A stretch of 64,000 nt of DNA from Emiliania huxleyi CCMP1516 (lineage: Eukaryota), in the NCBI RefSeq assembly GCF_000372725.1, contig NW_005202303.1:248001-312000 (forward strand), written 5' to 3'. Positions within the stretch are counted from its first letter, which is position 1. Every line of letters starts with the position of its first letter. Below are positions 57,210-64,000 of the stretch, piece by piece. The translations under genes were made by a program, and so were the position numbers. The notes beneath the pieces are model-generated. The model ran no database searches and had not been told where the DNA came from. It saw only the letters and a program-made list of their open reading frames with translations.

Positions 57210-57614
57210 TGGTGCGGGGAGGGAGAGAGGAGAGCGGAGTGTCGAGAGTGAAGTGAGCGAGAGAGTGCGCAGCCCGGAGCGGGGAAGCCCGGCCGGGGCG
57301 GTTGCGGTGGGGCTGGTTGTGTGTTTTTATTATGCATATGGCGCGGGCGGCTCAGAGCGCTTAAAGATCTGTTTTGCGCGCCCACACGTCACGCCGACAG
57401 GGCTCACGCACCGCACCACTGTGGATTCCAACCACACGAGAGAGCACAGGTGCACAGGTGCACACCCACCCGCGATGCCACACATGAGATCTGCGGTCGC
57501 GTCGGCCGAAAGCGTCTCTCTCCTCCCCTAATCCCTTGTTGTTTTGAGCCTTGAGCGGAGTCCTAAGGCCGCGCGCCCTCCTTGCTCGCTGGGGTGCTTC
57601 CGGAACTGGACCTC

Positions 57615-59541
57615 TCAAAAGGTGAGGATCATGCCCCCGAAAGAGAGCCCCGCACCCGTGCCCATTAGGAGCAGCTTGTCGCCGCGCTGGATGCGGCCCG
57701 AGGTGACGCCCGCGTGGAGCGTGAGCGGGATCGAGGCGGCAACCTATCGAGGGGAGTTGTGCCGTGAGCGGCGCCGGGTGATGAGGCAACCGCGCCAGCG
57801 GTGTGTCCCCGCTCGCACCACGTTGCCGAGGCGGTCGAGCGTGCGCAGCATGCGCTCCGCTGGCCAGCCCAGCGCGTCGGTGATCGCGTCGAGTGCGAGC
57901 CCGCTTGCCTGGTGCGGCACCACCCATGCGATGTCCCCGAGCCCGGACGAGAGACCTGGCCGGAGCCGCTCCATGAAGCCCGGCCCGTGCTGCAGCACCA
58001 TCCGCATCGTGGCGGGCCCGTCCATCTGGAAGTGGTTGACCTCGCGGGTGGCTGCTGGGTTTGGCGCCGCGCGGTCGTCGACCCGGTGGAAGGGGAAGTT
58101 GGTGCCGCCGCCTCGCACCTCGGTGAGACTCGCGCCGTCCGCATACGTCTCCATGTGCGCGCGGTGCAGCGCCGACCCCTCGCGCCACGAGGCCTTGCGC
58201 ACGACGCACGCCGCGGCCCCGTCGCCAAAGAGGGGGGCCACGTGCTCGTCTGTCGGGTCGACGTGCCGCGAGGAGATCTCGGACGAGCAGACGAGGATCA
58301 GCGCCTGTCAACACACCGCCGCTCTAGAGGGGCGCCCAGCGCCTCTGCCGCCCCACGGGCGCGGGCCGCGCGCGCGTCGTCCGGCGTGTCTGCGCGCGCG
58401 AGCAGCATGCACGCCGTCTCGAGGCCGACGAGGAACGAGAGGCAGGTGGCGTGGACAGAGAAGGCGCGGATCCCCGAGCCGCCCAGTCCGAGCTCACGCT
58501 GCAGCAGCGGGCCGCCGTCGGGGAGGCACTGCTCTGGAGTTCCCGAGGCGTGCACGATGCAAGTCAACGACTCGGGAGCCACTCCCGCCGCCTCGAGCGC
58601 CTGCCTCGCCGCCGCCGCAGCCATGGCGCTGGCTCGCTCATCGTCCGCTGCAAAGCGCCGCTCGGTCACGCCGCTGCGGGCCCGGTCGAGGGAGAGCGGC
58701 TCAAGGCCGCCCCGCCGCTCTATCTGCGTGGGGAGGGGCGAGGAGGGGGCGTGTTGATCGACCGGGTTCTGGTCCGTGGGTCACTGCTCTCCGCCGCACC
58801 TCGCGATTCGTCACGATGTTTGGCGGCAGATAGTGCCTACCGCGCAGGCAGGGCGGGAGTGAGCACGGCTCTCCTTGCTGGCGAGGGCGCCTCTCCTCTG
58901 ACAGCCACGCGCCCGGTCCCGAGGATGCGCACGCGGCAGCGCAGGTCGGCGCACCGAGGCTTCTGCCGCAGGGAGGGCGGAAGCACGCACGCGGCCGCTC
59001 GCTTGGTGACGCCGTCGAGCAGCGCGACGTACTCTGCGCGGCACGCCGCAGCCTCCTTGCCGGCCTGCGCGCGCCACGCCGCAGCCTTGGCGCGAGCCTT
59101 GAGTCCACCGCCCGCGCCGCCGGCTGGCGCGTCACCGAGCGTCGCCTGCTTGTACAGCCCGTACAGGCTTTGCGGCTCGTTGTCCACCAGGTAGCCGAGC
59201 AGCCGCGGCGCTGCCTTGACTGCCGCCTGTGTGGAGTCGGCAGAGTGCGGGGTCACAGGGTTGCGCTGGGCGGGTGGTCGCGGATAGTGCGAGTTGCGAG
59301 GTTGAGTCGCCGTGCGCGCGTGTGCTTGGTGCGCTGGACGCGGCGTTTGTGGGCTGGAGGCGGCCTCAAAGCATTCGGTCTCGCTGAGCTTCGGACTTTG
59401 CCACGGCGGCGCGCGAAGCACCGCGCCGGCCTCTGCGGTCGGAGCGGCGGCAGAGGCAGTGCGGCGGTGGAGGAAGACGAGCGCGAGAAGCAGCGCGGAA
59501 ATCGCGGCGAAAAGGGTTGGGTCGAGCCAGATGGGGAGCAT
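57615..59541 (-). CDS. TM anchor + acyl-CoA-binding (ACBP) domain + KASIII/FabH-like condensing enzyme fusion (multi-exon)
   Basis: LYGLYKQATLGD...AKAAAW (ACBP); ILGTG.YLP, GVTERR, HATCLSF (Cys), LFGDGAAA, VPHQAS (His), LGNVVAASIP (Asn), GTGAGLSFG. Confidence 0.85.
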
Positions 59542-60426
59542 CACACCCAAAGAGGGGAAGAGCCGCACCCGCCCCGGCCGACACGTGTCCCAACGGGGGG
59601 GGGATTGAATTTTATTGCTTCACCTCGATGTGGATCTTAGCGAACATACCCGTAGGTGGATTGCTGACGGGGTTTGCGATGACCACACAAAGAGAGGGGG
59701 CAGGCGACAAGTAAGTGTCACATACTTATTTTGTGTGGCTGTGAATGAACCAATCTGCAGGTCCAAAATACCCCGGCGCTCGCGCGCGCCACCGCCCCCG
59801 GCGCGGGGTGGGATGTTCGTGAGTTCTGTGTCCCTGTCCCTGTGCTCCACCTTCTTCTCCCGCGTCAGTCCCTGAGAATCCCACTACATAGCGCCACCTC
59901 GTGAGCTGTCCTGTGAGCTGTGTGCTGTGTGTCCAGCAGTCCGGACCCGGTGCTAAGGCCGGTGACAGTGTGCCTCGTGTCGGCTCCCGAGCCAATCGTG
60001 TGCAGCGTGTGTGCGTGTGGGCCCGTCCTCCATGCTAGGGAGGTGTGACTGACTGCTGTGAATGAAACAGCGTCCTAGTAGCGATCTATTTGCCTGCGTG
60101 AGTATGAATGAGCTCAATAGCTAGAGAGCTCTCACTAGAGGCCGTCATCGCATTCGCCTTCCTGGGACCCAGTGCTGACTTCTGACTGTCGTTGGACGTT
60201 GCAGTTAGAAATCTCTGTCTTGCTGTTTCTCGTCTCGACTGTCATCTGTGCTTGTGCGTCTTGCTTGGGTCCGGGGTTGTGTTTTTGTGTGAAATACACG
60301 TTAGTGAATGAGAACAGGAAGACCACGATGACTTTAAAGTCGGCCCGGCATGCATGCCAGCCACAGCGGGAGGGAGACAAACAAACAAACAAACAAGCTG
60401 GCCGGTTTTGAGTGAGACATTCGTGG

Positions 60427-60961
60427 GGATACCCATCACTGAGCCGACGATGCTACGGGTAGCCCCAGGGTGGCGCCCACCCCCATACCCTCAGGCACTT
60501 GCCTGCGCCCTGGCCGCGCACGCCGCGCATGCCCGCGCACGCCCGCGCACGCCCGCGCACGCCCGCGCACGCCCGCGCACGCCCGCGCACGCCCGCGCAC
60601 GACCGCCGCACGCGCGCGCGCGCGGCACTACGCGGCACTACGCAGCATGCGCGCACGCCCGCGCACGTGCGCGCACGCCGCCCGCGCGCACGCCCGCGCG
60701 CACGCCGCACTACGCGGCACTCCGTGGCACTGTGTGGCGCTTCGCCGATCTGAGCAGGGAACCTGGGCGTTTTGAAATTCCGTGCAAGGGGGTGCCGAGG
60801 TATGCCGCAGGCCGGGATGGAGTGAGATCTTGCGGGGCAGGGCGTGGGCTAGCGCGCAAGGGCGCAGGCAAGTGCCCGAGCGAGGGTATGGCTATGGGGG
60901 TGGGCGCCACCCTGGCGCCTGGGGCTAACCCGTAGCATTGTCGGCTCAGTGATGGGTATCC
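60427..60961. mobile_element. MITE with long (~95-bp) imperfect TIRs and 3-bp TSD (TGG); internal (GCCCGCGCAC)n array
   Basis: GGATACCCATCACTGAGCCGAC(G/A)ATGCTACGGGT inverted at both ends; TGG at 60424-60426 and 60962-60964. Confidence 0.85.
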
Positions 60962-61292
60962 TGGAGAGCACAGCTGCATGCGTCAGGAAGGTCCCAGGGT
61001 TGAGGTCGGCACCTTTTCTGCTTAATTTTCTCAAAAGTTATTGCGCACGACGAAATCAAGGTGCATCGGACAATTGATCCCGTCAACCAAGTAACCGACC
61101 GTGTCACCATCCTTGCCTCCCGACGATGTAAGCCTCGCGCCCGCCTCTCCGCGCGCCACGCCACGCCACGCAACATCTACGCGCCCGCACGCCACGCGCC
61201 ACGACGGCCGCCAGCAGTCACACAAATCGCCGCGCCCACTCCAACGTCCACGATGTCCTCACTCTCACATCCCGCCGCCCGCAGCCTCCACG

Positions 61293-63089
61293 ATGTCCGA
61301 CGACTACGCTCAGAAGCCCACCCAGGAGTACGGCACCACGCGCGACTCCTCCACCGGCAACTCGATCCAGAACCTCCTCGTGACTCTCTCCGTCGCCGGC
61401 CTCTGGCTCCTTGTCACCGCCGCCGCGCCGCAGGGCGGCTACGGTGCGCCTGACTACGAGTATCCGTCCACCTACTGGGACAAGTACCGCAAGTACGCCG
61501 TCTCCGTCGGCGCCGTCGGCCTCGGCCTCGGCCTCATCGCACTCCTCATGACCCGCTTCAAGCCCGACATGTCCGACAAGAAGATGCTCTCCATCAAGTC
61601 GACCGACGTCTCCGTCCTCGGTGCCTTCTCAATCTTCTTCGTCCTCTGGTGGGGCGTCGGCGCGGGCGTCTGCACCTTCAAGTCGCCCTTCGCGCCCGAC
61701 GGCACGTCCGCGGTTCCCGCCGGCAACGGCTACTTCTCGGTGTGGACCGGCTTCCTCGCGTCGCTCCTCCTCCTCTCCAAGACCATGAGCATCGGCGACG
61801 CCAAGTCGCTCAAGGGGCGGGCCGCCGGCCTCTTCTTCGCCGCGGTCATGCTGCTCATCGCCACCATCAAGTACGTCGACCCCAACGACGGCGTCGAGTT
61901 CCCCAGTGCCGGGCCGCAAACCCAAACCACCGACGACATCGCCATCTTCGGCATGGCTTCCGCCGCGGCCACCATCCTCATCACCATCATGATCATCTTC
62001 GCCGACATGAAGGAGTCGGCCATCCAGACACTCATCCCGATCCTCGTGCTGCTCTGGGCGGCCACCGCCGGCGTCCTCACCTTCCGCAGCGGCTCGCCCT
62101 TCACCGGGATGAACAACGGATATTTCTCGTCCTGGTTTGGCTTCTTCATGGCCGCGCAGATGACTGGCAGCGCCTCTGGCCCGCTCAACTCCAACATCTT
62201 CCAGATCCTCGCGCTCGGCGTGGTGGTGGTGCTCTCGGCCTACTTCTACCAGGGCGCGGTCACGACTCCCGTGGCTGCGGGTGTCGTTGACATGGTCTAC
62301 CAGGACAACATCGTGCCCGACCGCCAGGCGTACATGATTGCCGTCGGCGCCGTCGCCGGCTTCCTTGCCCTCTTCCACTACTGGTGCTCCGTCTTCAAGC
62401 CGGCGCTCCTCGAGACGGTCCTCTTCAACGTCAGCGACTCGCCTGTCTCGATGCGCCGCGCAATGGCCATCTTCCTCGTCCCGTGGGTCGCCGCCGGCGC
62501 CATCGTCGGAACCTTTGGCGTCACCGGCGGCGGAATCTTCGTTGCTCCCGCCACCACCGCTAACGGGTACTTTTCCATCTGGCTGCTCCTGGTCGCATGC
62601 CTCGCACACCTTGGCAGCGAGGCGGAGGCTGCCGTCGAGAACGTCCGCGCCGTCGCCAACGCCGACGCCCTCTCCTCGTCGATGTTTGCGTTCCTCTTCG
62701 CGTCGGTGATCGTCCTTGGCTCGCTCCTGCAGGACCAGGATAATGTCATTCAGGAGGGGCGCAGCGACGACGTCCGCGGCATGTTCGGCGAGTACGTGTA
62801 CTCGCTCGTGCTGGTGTGCATCTCGGCCTTCGTCGGACTCTACCACCTCGTGCTCAAGGAGCCGCTCCCCCTCGTCAACAAGATCGCCACCCCGCTCCTT
62901 GCCCTCGGCTGGCTCGGCGCGGCTGGCGTCCTGACCTTCCGCGACTCGGCTGGCTTCTCAGTCGCCGGCAACGGCTTCTTCGCCGTCTACGTCGGCCTCT
63001 TCCTCTCCTTCGCCCTCGTGGGCAAGGTGCACCTCAGCCCGGCGCGCGACGACCCGCCCGCCGCCGACGCGGTGATCTCGGCGGCGTAA
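61293..63089 (+). CDS. Intronless polytopic membrane protein with four internal repeats
   Basis: 598-aa ORF with strong C-ending codon bias; W...G..TF...F....NG(Y/F)F motif four times. Confidence 0.85.
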   Translation: MSDDYAQKPTQEYGTTRDSSTGNSIQNLLVTLSVAGLWLLVTAAAPQGGYGAPDYEYPSTYWDKYRKYAVSVGAVGLGLGLIALLMTRFKPDMSDKKMLSIKSTDVSVLGAFSIFFVLWWGVGAGVCTFKSPFAPDGTSAVPAGNGYFSVWTGFLASLLLLSKTMSIGDAKSLKGRAAGLFFAAVMLLIATIKYVDPNDGVEFPSAGPQTQTTDDIAIFGMASAAATILITIMIIFADMKESAIQTLIPILVLLWAATAGVLTFRSGSPFTGMNNGYFSSWFGFFMAAQMTGSASGPLNSNIFQILALGVVVVLSAYFYQGAVTTPVAAGVVDMVYQDNIVPDRQAYMIAVGAVAGFLALFHYWCSVFKPALLETVLFNVSDSPVSMRRAMAIFLVPWVAAGAIVGTFGVTGGGIFVAPATTANGYFSIWLLLVACLAHLGSEAEAAVENVRAVANADALSSSMFAFLFASVIVLGSLLQDQDNVIQEGRSDDVRGMFGEYVYSLVLVCISAFVGLYHLVLKEPLPLVNKIATPLLALGWLGAAGVLTFRDSAGFSVAGNGFFAVYVGLFLSFALVGKVHLSPARDDPPAADAVISAA

Positions 63090-63477
63090 GAGCGCCGCCT
63101 TGAAGACAGGGAGGCTGCGCGTGCCGCCAACTGCGAGCCTACAAGAGGCAAGGGAGGCCGCGCGGTCCGACCACCACCACCACCCCAATCCCACCGCATG
63201 CTCTACTTGTATTCGGAGCCCGAGTATCTCGATACGTCTCGTCCCGTGGCGCGTGTGTGCGCGCGCGCTCCACCTCCGTCCTCATACCTCACAGACCCCG
63301 CTCACCCGATCCCCCACAGAGACCCGCCCCGCGCACGCAGATGCCAGATCTGTGTAGTCACCGTCCCGCATGCTGTTAGGTGTGTTCTTACCTCAGATGT
63401 TTCCATACATGAAAATACATACAGAGCCGCGCACCTCGCCGCGACCTCCACCCCGCCCCCTGCTTTGAGAAAGCTTC

Positions 63478-63969
63478 TCACTCCAGCCCGCGGCGGATCC
63501 GGGAGAGGAGCCGCCTCGCCAAGCCCGCCACTGGAGAGGCGCGTGCGACCATCCCACGCACCGCCTTCAGCACGCGGTCGCGCTTGCGGACCCTCGTGGA
63601 GGCGCCCGCGAACTCCGCCTCGGGCGATGTCGTGGCGCCGCTTGCTCCGGCGGGTGGCGGCGGCGACGGGCTCTGAAGCAAGGGGCTCGGAGCCTGCTGT
63701 GCACGGCGCATGCGCTCGCTCTTCTCGTTGATTCGCCGCTTCCACTCCTCCGCGTCGAACGGAGGCCTCTCTCGAACCTCTTCAGCCGCCTGCTGCTCCG
63801 GCGCCTCGGCCGCCACCGCCGCCACCGCCTCCGCCTCCGCCTCCGCCTCCGCCTCCGCCTCCGCCTCCTCCGCCGCCTCCGCCGCCTCTACCGCCCGCGC
63901 GGCATACGCCTCCCGCCTCGCCAACCGCTCCGCCACCGCTCTCTCCCCCTCTTGACGCAGCGACGCCAA
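63478..63969 (-). CDS. 3' end of hypothetical Ala/Glu-rich protein (continues beyond window)
   Basis: Coding-like ORF ...PFDAEEWKRRINEKSERMRR...IRRGLE*. Confidence 0.45.
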   Translation of the reverse strand: MASLRQEGERAVAERLARREAYAARAVEAAEAAEEAEAEAEAEAEAEAVAAVAAEAPEQQAAEEVRERPPFDAEEWKRRINEKSERMRRAQQAPSPLLQSPSPPPPAGASGATTSPEAEFAGASTRVRKRDRVLKAVRGMVARASPVAGLARRLLSRIRRGLE

Positions 63970-64000
63970 CTTGCCTGCTGCCTCCGCCGCCGCCTCCCAT

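Noticed and set aside
54591..59541. Metabolic gene cluster (PDX2 with ACBP-KASIII)
   Set aside because: No shared pathway logic; adjacency is unremarkable in a gene-dense eukaryotic region.
1..64000. tRNA, rRNA or snRNA genes
   Set aside because: None recognised by eye; a covariance-model search would be needed to exclude them.

Overview
GC-rich, intron-containing eukaryotic nuclear DNA with three 100-N assembly gaps. Many GC-AG introns, 10-bp minisatellites inside introns and a signal-peptide-led aspartate-semialdehyde dehydrogenase point to a haptophyte such as Emiliania/Gephyrocapsa huxleyi (inference). Recognisable genes: BSU1/PPKL-type phosphatase (3' part), ankyrin protein, CXXC zinc finger + multi-TM protein, broken RING gene, FkbM-type methyltransferase, bacterial PTS-EIIC-like permease, GIY-YIG nuclease + HA domain, SMYD-like SET protein, prolyl 4-hydroxylase, asd, gulonolactone-oxidase-like flavoprotein, DnaJ, two duplicated TM/coiled-coil genes, RPN5/PSMD12, PDX2, a PH-like protein, a TM-ACBP-KASIII fusion and a 4-repeat membrane protein. 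Most notable: (1) many introns start with a copy of the beginning of the next exon and are filled with simple or telomere-like repeats, suggesting an intron-gain mechanism; (2) an array of ~8 palindromes (10-14-bp arms, 6-bp variable core) bounded by a GCACTGGCAC motif that also bounds a possible tyrosine-recombinase retroelement relic; (3) the ACBP-KASIII fusion; (4) the PTS-like and GIY-YIG genes of apparent foreign origin; (5) GA-AG introns. Family assignments are from remembered motifs, not from searches.
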